Shown: positions 28,465 through 43,029 of the stretch, one piece after another
Position numbering within the stretch: position 1 is the stretch's first letter
Layout: each line of letters starts with the position of its first letter
Origin: Chrysomallon squamiferum
Lineage: Eukaryota > Animalia > Mollusca
Direction of reading: 5' to 3'
Length of the DNA: 64,000 nucleotides
Assembly: GCA_012295275.1 (NCBI GenBank)
Contig: CM022677.1
Coordinates: 15,128,001 to 15,192,000, forward strand
Translations under genes and position numbers: made by a program
The notes under the pieces: generated by a model
What the model was told of the DNA's origin: nothing
The model's input: the letters and a program-made list of their open reading frames with translations, nothing else
Database searches by the model: none

Positions 28465-28890
28465 ATATGATTTAAAAGACGTTTCGTTTGAAGCTGACCA
28501 ATAAGTTTGCACTACAGACTGATACTTTTTTATGTAATATTAGAGATATCCCAGGATCTCTGATGCTCTCCATACACTTCCCATGTGATTTACAGAAAAC
28601 TAACTAAACATCAGATAGATTCAGAATCATGTCTAGACCATCTTTCCTCTAGATACAATAAAGACATTTTAATAGAATAATCAATTAGCAAGTATTGTTC
28701 TCTCCTTTTTTAAATTATGTGTTAGAAATGAAATTATTATAATTAAATATCGTCTCTCTCTTATTATAATAGGTATTAATAAAAAATTATTTAATCAAAA
28801 ATATAGATCTATAAAAAAAAAAGTATCAGTCAGTAGTGTAAACTTATTGGTTAGCATCAAAAGAAACGTCTTTTAAATGCTAAATCATAA
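28465..28890. mobile_element. MITE-like fold-back element with about 65-bp imperfect TIRs
   Basis: ATTTAAAAGACGTTTCGTTTGAAGCTGACCAATAAGTTTGCACTACAGACTGATACTTTTTT (about 28470-28531) pairs with AAAAAAGTATCAGTCAGTAGTGTAAACTTATTGGTTAGCATCAAAAGAAACGTCTTTTAAAT (about 28817-28878). Confidence 0.7.
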
Positions 28891-29082
28891 TTTTAATTTC
28901 ATAAAGATAAGTAAAAATATTTCTTTATGAAATATTTTCTATCTACTACTAAATACGATGATTTCCTGTAAAAACAGCTTTTCTTTTAAAATCTCTAAAT
29001 AAGATAATATTGATCTCATAGCGTCTCTATAGTACTAGATATTATGCTTATAATTATCACATTAATAAGTAACAGAAAACCA

Positions 29083-29167
<85 letters not shown>

Positions 29168-30879
29168 CTTTCTTGTATTTCACAAACAGGTTAAATAGAC
29201 CATTAATGCATATGCAATGTCAAGAGAAATTTGATTTACTACTTCTCGATGAATTCGGCTAATTCTATAAAATGATCTAGAGCAAAATATTTCAATACTA
29301 CCATTACATTCAAGTATTTCAATACTACCATACCATTACCATATGTTAAATTCATAAGTTTATAAAGAGCCAGTTTCCATTATTTATTGAAAGTATAAAT
29401 AACAGTTAACAAAAAGGAAAAGAATAAGGAAAAATACACAGAGAACGTTATGAACCGCGCAGGTAAGTATGGATAATACTTTAAAAACGGACACTATAGA
29501 AAAAAATACTAACTATTTTTCAATGTATTTTACACGCTGGTGGAGCGCTGATATTAATTATTTGCAGAAAATTATTCATCTTCTTAAAATATCTCGTTAA
29601 TGTTGTTTACAATTAAATATTTCCTTTTTCTCAGACCCCGTAACCTTTTCCTGTGCAGTCTCTACCAGTGTAATTAAAGGCACATTAACAGTGGCGTGCA
29701 GTGGGGGCGACGGGCTGTGGTCCGGGGCATCCAAATGGGGAGGGCATCCAATCAGAAAAAATAAGTTAATAAAATTGTTTTTACATATTCAAAATATCTT
29801 CCTTTCTCAAAATATTTCTCGGTACTAGGCCTTATCCTTGAGTCTTTGGGGCATACCACCAAGGAGTTGACCCCGAGCATCACCAGACCTCTGCATATAA
29901 TTCTTAATAAAAATAACACGTCATTTTTGGCTCAGCTGCTTGTAAATCAAAGATAATTATCGTTTTGTTATCTCAAGATATCGGCTGAAAATGTTGTCCG
30001 AATGTGATAAAGTAAGCTAATGTATTTATAATATTTTTGTGTCTTTACCTGAATATTAGTTTTATCGTATAAACGTATAAATGGTACAGAAGCCTTTTTT
30101 TTTAAAAATAAATATGCTAGAAATACAGGAGAAATTAATGACGTTTTCTGTTAGTTAAACGACAATCTTGAGATAATTAGATATGCCGAATGATATCAAG
30201 AAATAAGAGATTAATGTTTTAACGAGATTTAACAGTATTAAAGAGTATAAAAAGAAAAATGCTTTTATTTTGTCTTCGCCTCGAAATATTTGATGCACGG
30301 TAGTCTTTTTTCTTTTAGATGACTTGAAACTAATATCGTAATCGAGACTCATTTCCGACTCGCACGTCACTTCGCGTCTGCTAGAAAAACATTTTAATCT
30401 TCGTTTACCATTGAACGATAACAGATCATTTTGAATTCGCTGATAAGAAATATTCACTTATTAATAGTGTTAATGGCATCAAGGTGGGGATCATACAAAA
30501 AAAAAGAAAAAAAAAAGAAGAAATAAAAACGATTGGGAACGCTCACGATTCGGAACTAAGGACCTCTAAGATTACAGTGTTTATAGATTACAGATTATAG
30601 TAATAATATTATGTTTATATCAGTTATCAGTTTCTTAAACAACAGAAATTTAAACTAAGCAAACTTTGTATGAAGTGTAATAAGAGTATAATAATTTTAT
30701 AATCAACAGTGAAAAAGTAAACTGAGTAAAATGTACATTCTTCAAGTCCATAATTAATGTGACACTTACTAAAAAAAAAATATTTTTAATCTGTTATTAA
30801 TTTTTCATTATTTAAGTTTTTGGAAAGCTGATAAATCAGCACATTAATTCTCAATTTTAACTTTATAAAAAGCACAGAA

Positions 30880-31821
30880 TAAGAGAGACAGACCATAGCT
30901 ATATTAATAGAGAGGAAGATACACAATGATAATAACAACTGGAAAGTGAGAAAGAAAATATATAAAGTTATATATAGAAAGACAGGTTGTGATGTAGGTA
31001 TGTAGACATAGTTAGATATGTAGGTAGGCAGGGAGTTGGGTAGATGATTGGTATATGGTTATGTGTTGGTACATGCATGAATGGACAATATCAAAGAAAA
31101 ATAGGTAAGATAGAAGAAGCAGATAGGTAGATAGATCGTTAGGTTTGAGTGTAGAGGAGGTAACTCGGCAAGTTGATGGATAGATACAAAGAGAGAGAGA
31201 ATGATGGATAGGAAGATAGGTAACTACATGTATAATGAAGTGCGAGTACATGTGTTTGATGTGCTAGAACGTGTGAATGAAAATGTGCTTGTGTTGTAAA
31301 TGGACAGACATACAGAAAGACAGAGGTTGTAAGGTAATTATGCAGGGAGGTAGCTGCAGAGATGGACAGATGATTTATGGATGGTTATTGATGGATCAGA
31401 ATGTGAACAGAGAGATCAAAAAAGAAAATGTTAGGTTGGTACATGTATATATGGCAATATGGAAATTGGTATTGGCATATAGGTATGTAAGTTGAGTACA
31501 TTGTTCTGTTACAGAAATGTATATATGTATGTGAAGGGAAATGTGCTTTTGTGTTTTTTGAGGGGTGGCTGTTAATGTAATGTGAAAGGAGGAGTTAATG
31601 TATATATATATATGCATGTGTAAGAAAGTTTTATTGTGTATTTTTGAGGGCCAGTCAGAGGGGATGTGCATATATATAAGAGTGTTTATAGATGGACATA
31701 TATACAGTATATAGATAGGGAGATTTAATGTAAAAGACAAATAGACAGATAAAATAGATAAACCATTGATAGATATGTAGATATGTAAGCAAATCAGTCG
31801 GTGATATCAGTATTTAGATAG

Positions 31822-31868
<47 letters not shown>

Positions 31869-32220
31869 TTGATGGTATTCAGATTGTATAAGATAAGAGG
31901 TTTTATTGCTAAATGTCAGAGAGTGTATGGCTAAATATGTGTATAAATGGACAGAAATACAGAAAGATAGATTTGTATGTAGTGATAGAGACACTAACAC
32001 AAAGAGGCATAGATGTGTGTGTGTGTGTGTGTGTTTGTGTGTGTGTATGTGTGTGTGTGTGTGTATATATAGAGAGAGAGTATGGATGCATTGAAAAGGA
32101 TTTAGGAATGTTTGGATGTACATGGTGTGAGTGAGTGATTTACTTAGAGTTTGATGGGCAGATAAATAGACAAATATACATACCAATGGTCTGAATTTTG
32201 TGTCTGTGTGTAATGGTATT
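30880..32220. repeat. Degenerate (GATA/GT/TA)n simple-sequence region
   Basis: Purine- and GT-rich low-complexity tract with embedded (TA)n and (GT)n microsatellites. Confidence 0.8.
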
Positions 32221-33258
32221 TTAAACACTTCTAGTTTGTTTTGTTCTTAAAAACAAGTCTGGAATAATTAAAAAAGAAGGATGCAAGCAAGTAGAAGTGC
32301 TTTACTTGTTTAAGTGATCAAAAACTCTTCTCGGATTCCCTTCTTTTCTTAAAATTTACTAATTGTTAATTTTAATTTATTTATTTACATTTTGTTTTGT
32401 TTTATTGTACTTCCTCCTTTTTTATCTTATTATTATTACTACTACTACTTGTTCTGAAGTGAGTGGTCTCGATATGTTTTATAATAATAAATAATAGTAA
32501 TGTGTTTAAGTACATATGTACATAAGAATGCAGGGCTTGTAATGGCCAGTCACCAAATGCTGCCAAAATTCTGTTTGGATGACTGGGATGTTAAAAAAAT
32601 GATGAGTTAGTTTCTGAAGAATATTTTTAAATCTTACTTCAAAGGTTAATGATCAATACATGTTTTCCTTTATAAGCTGAAATATGAATCTGGTCAACTA
32701 TATATATATGAATTTGTTCTCAAAAGATTTTATTATGCAAAATAAGCATTCATTCCTAGTCTGGGATAGGTAAAAAATACAGTTGTTGAGCCAGTAAAGC
32801 TAATATTAAATTGATAGGCATCAGATTGAGAAAATTCTTTGATATATTTCTATCTCATTTTACCAGTATAGTGAAAGAAACACTTATCAACAAACCATTA
32901 TTAAAATAAACCTACTTATGACTGAGATTATGAAGCTTGACATGTTCAAACTTGACCAGACATTTACTATTTGAAAAGTAAACATAAATAATGTAATTAC
33001 AATATGTTTATTTATGTTCTTTGGTCTGGTTACAGGATCAACCTATTATTATATACTAAGTAGATCGGATTGTAATGGTGTATAGTTTTTTTTGTTTGTT
33101 ATGATTCTAACTAATAGTATATAAGTCCAGCTGGCTGTTAAGAAGTCTTGTTTGTTTCAGTGTATAGCAGAAAATTATAATTATGATAAATTAATTAATC
33201 AATAAGAAAATTATACCAGTTTTTTTAAATACTTTTTGTTCTATATTTGTTTATTTAG

Positions 33259-35265
33259 ACAAATCTGGCTAAATAGTAGGAAACAGTGACTTGCACATGA
33301 AACAAGATAGTTGTTTAAATATAGCTATCATACCACCAACTCAAACTTTGGATGTTGTGATGTCCAAGATTTCAGAGGATTTTCTTAACCAGCTTGGAAG
33401 ACCTTTCAGGTAAGTCAGACAAAAGGCAGATCAGTAGATTTTATACTTATGTAGTTAGTTTGATATCTTTAAATGTTCTTAATTTATATTTTTGCAGGGA
33501 GATGAAGGGATATTAAATTTATTTTTATTTTATTTTATTTTTTTAATTTTTTTAATGAAGAAAAATAGAATTTTAAATAATTATTTAAAAATATGTAAGA
33601 GAAACATGAATAGTAATAATAGCAACAGCAACAACCACCAGCACCACAACAATAAGAAAAAGAATAATTAAAATAAAACAAACCTGTAAAAACCAGTACT
33701 TCATTTCCTGATTCTGTTTTATAAAAATTCCATGATATTCATGATAAATGTACCTTCCAAATGCATAGACATCAAGTTGGTGGTAATTATGTTATAAACT
33801 GCCATTGATCAGGAAGAAGCAGATGTAAATCCTTACAACTCTGTTTCGTACCTGTCAAAACTTTATACACAGAAGTTATTAGTTTCCTTGTCAGTGTTGC
33901 AGTATCCTACGATTGTCTGAATTATTTTGTTCAGGATTCAAATCTGATATATATATTTTTTTATGAATTAATTATATCATCTCATTCAAAACATTAGCAA
34001 TTTATTATTATTAATTAATTAAAATTCTCGTTATCTTTTGGGGTTAAAAGATTATTATTGTGGATAAATTTAATGTTGTAGCCAGATTATTAACTTATAT
34101 TTTTAATCAAATCTAAAATTAGATGTATAGAATCAGTTGTAAGTGTTCCAAAAAAGTAATGCAGTTTGTAATCAAAATGACTGAATTCACATACCTTGTG
34201 AAGAGTGACATTAACAGTTTGTTATTAGAACTGAAAAGCTTTGGTATCTGTTATGATATAGTTATCATGTGTCTGTAAATTATTTTTTAGTTCATTCTAT
34301 CAAGTTCTGTCAAATTGTTGTGATTCATTAACAGTTCTTAAAAATAATCATTTGTTCTTATTGTGGGATTTTTGACAATGATTTATGATTAGCAAGTCTG
34401 GTTATACCTTCAGTTGAAATGGCATATACTAGGAGTTGAAGTATTTGGTGCTGTCCAGCAGGTATTTAAATACATTATTCATTTTATTTCAGTTTTAAAT
34501 ATTTCTTCAGTCTTTCACAAAATTCTATGCAAAATAGTTTTCTTACATTGAATTAAGCAACTTACATACAAATGTAATATATTTGTTTTTGTAAAATCAT
34601 GAAAATGATTAGCAATTATTGTATACTGATGCTGTGTCTGCACATAAAATCTCATTTATTGAAAGAATCTGTAGAATCACTAAGGACTAATTATTTGTTC
34701 AGTTATAAAGACACCTGCCATGAAATGGCAGTCTGATTTTAAGATTCTTTTTACTTTACTCTAACTTTTTTACTTCATTTTATTTATTTATTTTGATTTA
34801 TTTATTTATAAAAGGAGCAATAATTAATAACCAGATAATTCTATAAGTAAAATCAGTACAAATATAATTGTGTGTGTTTTTGTAGGAGATGAGACTCAGT
34901 TGTACAATGGAGGTAATGGTTACTCATGTTGGGAACATTAAACAATCACACAAAAAATATCAAACAGAACTTGAAGAGAACAAGTGAGTTGACACTGTCT
35001 TTTCTCTTTAATTGACAAAGATGATAATGATATTTGTATAAAAATTAAGGTGAAAAGTAATTAGAATGTAATATTTTTATCAGAAGCTAATGTTAATTGC
35101 TTGCATTTTTTTTTTTTTTTTTTATTAGCCCTAATCAGATATACACTGATGAAAAAGGCTGTTAATTCAGATATTTGTAAGAACAAATAATGTAAATTAT
35201 TTGTTGCTGAATTGAAAGCTCTTAAGAATTAAAGATGGCATTGTATTGTCTTTTTTTTGTTCTTG

Positions 35266-35311
<46 letters not shown>

Positions 35312-36107
35312 CAAAATAATGATTTAATTTCAGGAAACAGTCAATGGCAGTGAAAAAGCCTTTTGGCAGCAATTTTACAGAAATAGGTAATGTTATTAGC
35401 AATTCTTAGTCAACAATCTATGAATTTTACAAATTTGATTAATTATTAAATATGATTGGGAAATAAAATGCATGTTTATGTTAGTGTTTCAACACTAAAG
35501 AAGACAATTTATAACGTGAAAGTTTGATTGTTTTTTGTTTTTGTTGTTGTAGTAGTTTGTGGAGGGGATCTTGTTTTTTTAATTAAAAATATAATCTATA
35601 TAGCTGTTGTTATATTTTATTTATTTTTATTAATTAAGAATGAGTTTAATTTGTTTTGGTCCAGGTTCTAAAAGCTGCATGTCTATGTGTGGATTGAATG
35701 CTGCTCTAAAGGTATGTTTTATTCATTCACTTTTGTGTTTTATATCTCATTTCATTAAGAATGAATTTGATCAAAAGTAGCATGCCAGCAATTTATTTTA
35801 ATTACAGAATAGTATTGATAGTTTTATATAAATTGTTCATAAAGCATGCCTATTTGCTTGATATTTTAAATGATTAGTTTAGCTAGTACAGAATCAATGT
35901 AATAATGGTTACAACAAACCTTGTAATTGGGTCAACAAATACTTGAGAACAAGATTGTGTTTATGCTGTATATTTATTTTAGCTAGATTAGATATAGAAT
36001 TGTGGATGGATTTACTTAGAGACAGGCATGTGTACTGGTGTAAGAATATACTGAGTATTTACTTTTGGGAGGGTTAGAGAGAGGTGATGTGTGAAATAAA
36101 ATGTGTT

Positions 36108-36143
<36 letters not shown>

Positions 36144-39100
36144 AGGTAAGCTATGTCTGCAAATGTGAAAGCTGGAGTGCATATGTAAGAAAGAGTGAGT
36201 ATTTCTTCTTGTGAGCAAGATAGAGAATACATGCATGTTCAAGAAGGAGTGTTCTTTGTATAATACACCCATTCTTCCTAAAAATAAACAAATGTTTTTC
36301 AAAAATACTCTGAAATACATACACTTCTGTGTATACTCTTTTCTCCTGTCTTTCTATCTATATATAGAAAGGGCTTTCAAATAAATGCCACTGTATTCAA
36401 AATTGGAAAAAGTAGCAGTACCCTATGTATCCACATTCTCTCTTACACACAGACACATAATATTATACAGCCATACATGTTTACACACTATATCTTTTAC
36501 ATTGACACATATCTGTCTTTCTGTCTCTGTCTACCTATGTATACAATACATATGCACTCTCAAAAACACATATAAAACACACACAAAACCACACATGATA
36601 TAGCCATTCTTTCTAACTCATATTCTCACAGTTTCTTGCTCAAATACTCGAATCATCCTGTCAGACATGTTCATCATTTCATATTCACTCTCTAAAAAAT
36701 ATCTTTTCACACACACACAGACACACACACACACACACACACACACAGTCACACTTTACCATCGTACAGTTGCTTACATCTATCATGTCTCTTAATCTGT
36801 TTGTCTTGGTATTTCTATATCTGTCAGTATGTTCCTCTGTGGCTTTGTATTTATCTTTGATCAGTGATCAGAAAGTGCAGGAGGCCCTATTGAGGGTAAC
36901 ATGTAATATCAATTTATTCAACAAGGTAATTTGAAGTTATATTGGTTTAATTATCAAAATTAAATAAAAATAAAATAAATAATTTCTTCATGAATAATTA
37001 TTTAAAATGAAATTATGATAGTAATTTTAATCATTTTTTTGATCTCAGACTTTTTACATTATTAAACAATGTGATATGTTTAATTAAACATGCTAAACAT
37101 CATAAGTTTAAATCTTTGTAATAGTTTAAATTAATGATTCTGTATTTTATAATATCAGTGTCCATAGATTGTCCTGACATTGTATCAAGAAAAAACATTT
37201 AGTTAAATTATGTTTTATTTAGGAATCTGGAAATGTATGCATACTCAGTGTTTCTGTATATTTTGATAAAAAATTAAATAAAATAAAGATAAAAATATTT
37301 TTATAAATTATTTAGAAATACTGATATCTGTACTGTTGTCAGCTTGCCATCACATGATTTTACATCAAGAACAAAATAACTAATATTTACTATTGCAGAA
37401 TTCTCAGTATCCACACACACTTCAACATTTTACCATTAGTAAACAAATATAGCTATATATTAATGTTTCTATTTTTTTAAAAATAATATTTACTATTTTA
37501 GAATTCTCAATGCCCACATATATTTCAATGTCTAAAAGATTTTACAATGGTGTCTTTGTTGTGTGACGCTGATGTCAACACTCCTACCTATGTCAGCAAA
37601 TACTACTGGGTAAAGTTATTATAACAATTTTACATTTGAATTAGTTTGAACATTTAAATAAAGAGTATTGGAAGTATTATCAGGAATTTGAAATTTACTT
37701 AAACCAGTGTTGTTGTAAAATATTCTTAACAGAAATGTCCCAATAGATTGTTCTGTATAATTAATTAAATAATAGAAAGTACAAAGTATAAACAGTTAAT
37801 AACACTATATTATTACACATCATTATTAACATGTTAAGTTATTAAGTACAGAGATAGAGCTAGTTTATAACAGTAAACTGTTATAACTTTATTAACATAT
37901 TTGTTTATAAGTACTTATGTTAACAACAAAATTTAAGATGATAATCAAGGATTTGCTCATGTGAAAATATTTAAATAAATTTTGTTTCCTGGTTTTACAG
38001 GGATCTTTGGATTTTTAGGTTTTCAGCTTAAATAATGTCGAAGATTCTAGAAAGTTGTCCAGATTTCAGATTCAAAGACCAGGTGAGCCTGTCATTACAC
38101 AGTGGACTGTGACAAAAACAAAACTGTAAACTATGAATTAATTTATCTACTGTTTAACTTGATAGTGAACTTGATTATCAAGTCTTTTAGATTTGTGTTG
38201 TAAAATAGGGTTGAAACCAAGAACTAAAGTGGATGTTTTGTCATCAGTGGTAGAAGTAGAAGAGCCTCAGTCAATAAAGGACAAGGAGAAGAAGTTTGCA
38301 TGGAGCAGATTACAGTTAGTATACACAGAGTTTGATAGATTTCAAGTTGATATTATTGTAATTATTCCAGTGAGCAGAAGAAAAAGTTAGAAAGAACAAA
38401 TACTCTGATGTTAAAGTGAATACTTAATTCTTGCATTTGCTAAAGATGACATTGATTTGGGGTTTACTGTAAAATATCACATATGCACAACTGATAACAT
38501 ACCAGTGTCAGAACTGTACAGAAGAATTTCACACAGTCAGTATCAGAAAGCCAAGGAGCTGATCAAGAAACTTATAAAACAAGATGTAATTTGACCCAGC
38601 CACAGTCCATATTCATCTCCTACTGTTATAATGAGAAAAACAGACAACACAATTCATCTGTGTGTGGACTACAGGTGGCTGAATGCTAAAACTAGGAAAG
38701 ACTGCTTTCCACTACCTACAATAGAAGAGTCATTAGATGCTTTGCACAGAGCAAATTGGTTCACTACACAGATATGGCCAGTGAATACAACCAAGTAGCA
38801 CTTGAGGATAAAAACAAAGACAAAACTGCATTCATCACTCCAATCGGTTTGTTTGAATCAATCGTATGCTGTTTGGTTTATCAGGAGCATCAGTCACATT
38901 TCAAAGACTTTAGAGTGCAGATATTTCAGTGTTCTGTTTTTTTATGTGTACATAGATAAACTAGACGAGGTATTTAAAATTTTAAAACAGCATGAGCTCA
39001 GACTAAAACCAAGCAAACGCTGTTTCCTTAAGAAAGAAGTGAAATATCTAGGACGTGATGTCTAGAGATGGGGTAGTTACAGATCCAGACAAAATAAAGG

Positions 39101-42100
39101 CTGTTTTTGAATGGGAAGGTCCAAAGACACCAAAGGACCTGATGTCATTTTTGCAGTTTGCCAGTTACTTCAGATGATATGTTAAAGGATTCTCAGTTAC
39201 TGCTGGACCTTTGCATTCTTTGGTGAACAGGTTCCAAGATAAGAAAAATCAAGCATTGTTAAAGTTCTTGGGATGAGAGTTGTCAAAAGAGATACTTTAA
39301 AAGAGATGCTAACTTCAGCTCCAATATCAGGAAACACTGATTTAAGTGAACTGTTCAAGTTTTCAAGGTGTGGGAGCAGTTCTGTCACAGGAGCAGAATG
39401 GGCAAAGGTAAGAAATTACATATGTTAGACAGAGCTTGAGACCCACTGAGAGAAACATGAATAATTACAGTTACATGAAATTAGAGCTTGTTGGTCTGAA
39501 ATGGGCTGTGACTGAAAAGATTGAAAATTATCTTCTCAAACATCAATTTACCATATATACAAACAACAGTCCACTAAGTCATCTTGATACCACAAAGTTA
39601 CATGCAGTGGAATAAACATGGGGCTCTCAGCTGGTAGAATTTGATTTTGATGTGAAATATCATTCAACACAATGAGAATGCGGATGGTCTATCCAGGAAG
39701 AAATTTCACAGAATTATTTCTACTTCAGTGGAAGCTGCTTTAGAGATACTGCTAGTAGTACAGAAGTTCCACATACAATGAGACAAGTTATAAAAGGTGG
39801 TGGAAGAAAAGTCGCACAGTAAACTGTAACAGTGGAACAATTTTTAGAAGAACTAGCAGTGATGCAGGCAAAAGACAAGTTAGTAAGGAGATTGCTGTAT
39901 TACATGGCTACCATGCAGAGCTGAGAGAAGATTAGAAGAATCAGGTTTCTTCACACTAATCTGGCAATGGCAAAGATTATTTCTTGAAAACAAAGTACTT
40001 TACAGAAAAGCAAACGTCCCAACTTGGCAAATTTGCTGTTCATCTTATTTAGAAGAAATATCATCACATCCCTTCCTCTCTACAAACATAAATACAATTA
40101 TAATTAATAAATACTGTCTTAGAATGTCTTAGAAAATATCCTTTTGACCTGAAAAACAGAAATATTTGCAGATTGTGTTGAATGGTTTAATTATCTAAAT
40201 CTGTTGTGTTTTCTAGATTCAAGGATTTTCTGTCTGAAATGTTTAATTATGTGTGCACACATGGACAGGAAGACACATTTCACTTTCTTTTATAATGGAG
40301 CCAGAAACAGTCTGATGGAAGCACTAATGTGATTTGATTCTGTGCCTACCCACACTTCATACACTGACTTACACATTGACTAGTGAGAAGTGTTTGATAA
40401 TTATACAGAAGACACAGCAGTCAGTTTAATTCATAGTTTACAGTTTTCTCTCTCACTTTATTCCAGTGATTAACCACTGTGAAATAAAATACTTGATAAC
40501 CAATTTGACTAGAAAATAAAATAAGGAAAGAAAATAATTAGGAAAAGCAGCTAAAAAAAATTCATAAATCACCTTTCTCCTCGATATAACAGCTATTGAA
40601 ACAGACCTATTATTTTACTAATTATTTATTTATTATTATTTTTATTATATGTAAATTAACAGAATTTAACTTCAAACACTGTAAATGTTTAAAAAAAAGA
40701 CCAAAAATTAAAACCTGATATCACATAATACTAATTTTCATTTAGAATTTAACAATTTATAAAACTGTTTATTTCTTTAAAACATTATTCCGAAATCTGT
40801 AGAAATTAATGGTGGTTTAAGACCTGGCACAGACACAATACAAGACAGATTATTAATGGAGCTCAGTGTGGAATGGGAAACGGTAATGTTTCAAGGATAG
40901 AGTGAGCTCTGGGATCATTTCAGATTCTTATTTATTAAAACTAGTTGTAATTAAAACATTTATCAATTTAAATACTAGTATATTAAAAATTTAACAAACT
41001 ATTAATCATATATATGTATGTTATAAGTTTTAATATACTTCTATGTTATATTTACAGATGACTGAACTTCCACTGCAGTCCATTTTGTCCACGATGTTGA
41101 TCATGTCAGTTCACATGACAGAATTCTCACATTATCTCTATGTTGTCTGAGCAGAATGTTCTCTACAGACCAAAGGTTTGAAACTGCTGGTTTTTATGTG
41201 TCAAAGATATAATTAAACTAATACTATATAAGAAAATAAGTAAAACAGAAAAGTTATTATTAACAAAAATCTTATATACAACATCCTATGTTTTGGAAAT
41301 TAAAAAATAAATAAATAAATAAATAAAAAAGATAAAAGCAAAGTGAACTCTTTATTATTAAAATCCAAGAAAAAAAGACATCCAAAATATTATTTTGTTT
41401 ATTTATGGTGAACAGTCTTGTTAATTATAAAGTTTGACACAAAACTGAAGAAACTTGCTGGTTATGAACACTAAAAATTATAAACTTCTGTATATTTTAA
41501 AAAATAACAGACAAGCAGATAATTTTCAAGAGATATCTTAATCATGATATAAGATGTAAAATGCATTTATTATGACTAAATAATTTGTAATTTTTAATAC
41601 ATCAGGTAACTTTTAAATAATAATTTGCTATCCTTTCCAATGATAAATGTTATAGTTTTTAAGTAAATCAATTTTATTTATCAGTGATAAGTTTTGTTTG
41701 TTATTTTTACAGGATACACAAGCCCTTGCTGACCACAACAAGTTCTATCAGGCCAAGGATGACCACTTGACCAGGCTTGTAGTACAATTCAGTGAAGAAC
41801 AATCACTTCTCCAGTTTGTGGTGTTAAAAGAAATTTGTACAAACTCAGAAACTCATATGAGTTCAATGTTTTGTAATCAAATGCTGAGTATAATGGAAAG
41901 GTAATTCAGTTTACAACTAGATTTTATAAACTGTAAAATATAAATCATTTAATGTCATATGAGAATATTTTAATATTATTATTATATATAATGTTCTTTT
42001 TTTAAATAATGGTATCTGTAGATGCAAAGAAAAAGACAAAACGTGACATTGATAAAGCAGTTGGGAGAAAAGGACTACTTTAGAAAATGTATCTTCAAAA

Positions 42101-42570
42101 ATTAACAGATAAATATTACTGATCTTACTTGTTGTCAATTTTTATAAAATATATTAATTTATGTACTTAATTAAAAGTAAAATGGAAGTTACTGCTTTAA
42201 GAAAGAAAATATATATATATATATACAATGAAAAATAGAGGTCCAACAAGACTGTTTAAATAAATATAATTAAACTTTATTTTATTTCAGTTAAATTAAC
42301 TGTACTTATTATTGGCTGAAAACATTTCTTCAGATTCAAATGATAAAATATAAAATTATAGTGGGTCTTGTTAAAATGTTTGAATGTAATATTTTATATT
42401 TCAGTCACCACAGAAAGCTATTAACAAGAACTGATGTACACTGAATCTAAATGACTTGACAAGTTTGCCTCCAAGTTCTTCAGGTTTTCTGACTACCGAA
42501 CTAAGTAAACAGAAGATAAAACATCTCCACAGTAAATATAAAGAACTGAATAACTGGATAAAATAACATT
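33259..42570 (+). pseudogene. Decayed multi-exon gene of unknown identity
   Basis: AG...GT-bounded exon-like blocks at about 33259-33409, 34887-34983, 35334-35386, 35665-35710, 37502-37609, 38001-38082, 41059-41175, 41713-41900 and 42404-42570. Most contain stops. Part is duplicated at 60955-63998. Confidence 0.45.
38430..39700 (+). mobile_element. Decayed Ty3/gypsy LTR-retrotransposon pol (RT-RNase H)
   Basis: PSHSPYSSP..IMRKTD..IHLCVDYRWLNAKTRKDCFPLPTIEESLDAL, DKTAFITPIGLFE, LKPSKR..KEVKYLG, TDPDKIKAV, NYSYMKLELVGLKWAVTEK..YL..FTIYTNNSPL. Many frameshifts; no LTRs recognised. Confidence 0.92.
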
Positions 42571-43029
42571 TTAAAAACATTACTTGTGTGAATCATGGAC
42601 TGTTCTTATTGAAGAATTTATAATATTGTGATACTGAATTTAGATTCAAAGTTACAATGTTGTTCATGAAAGATGTGATCAAATTTATTCAGTATACTGA
42701 ATGTTTGGACCAGACACAGCACCAAGTACAGGCAAGTCTGTGGTAAAAGAAGTTACTTTTTTAAAATGATTTAGTGTCAGAAATCCTTTATTACTGACTT
42801 AAAATAAAAGTACAGACTTCGTATTAAAAAATGTTTGGTTTAAGGGAGATACTTTTTTTTTTTTAAATTTAATTTTATATTTTTAAATAATTTTGTTTTG
42901 ATAGAATACTGTACTTAATAATCTAATCAAAACTTAAAATAAATAAATACCAAGAGTTCTGGTATAAATGTACCCTATAAAACATCGTTAAAACATAAAA
43001 TGGAATCAGTTGACCTATTTAAATAACAG

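Noticed and set aside
30530-30580. tRNA-like fragment on the minus strand (CTGTAATCTTAGAGGTCCTTAGTTCCGAATC)
   Set aside because: Only an anticodon/T-arm-like trace with no complete cloverleaf; at most a decayed SINE head.
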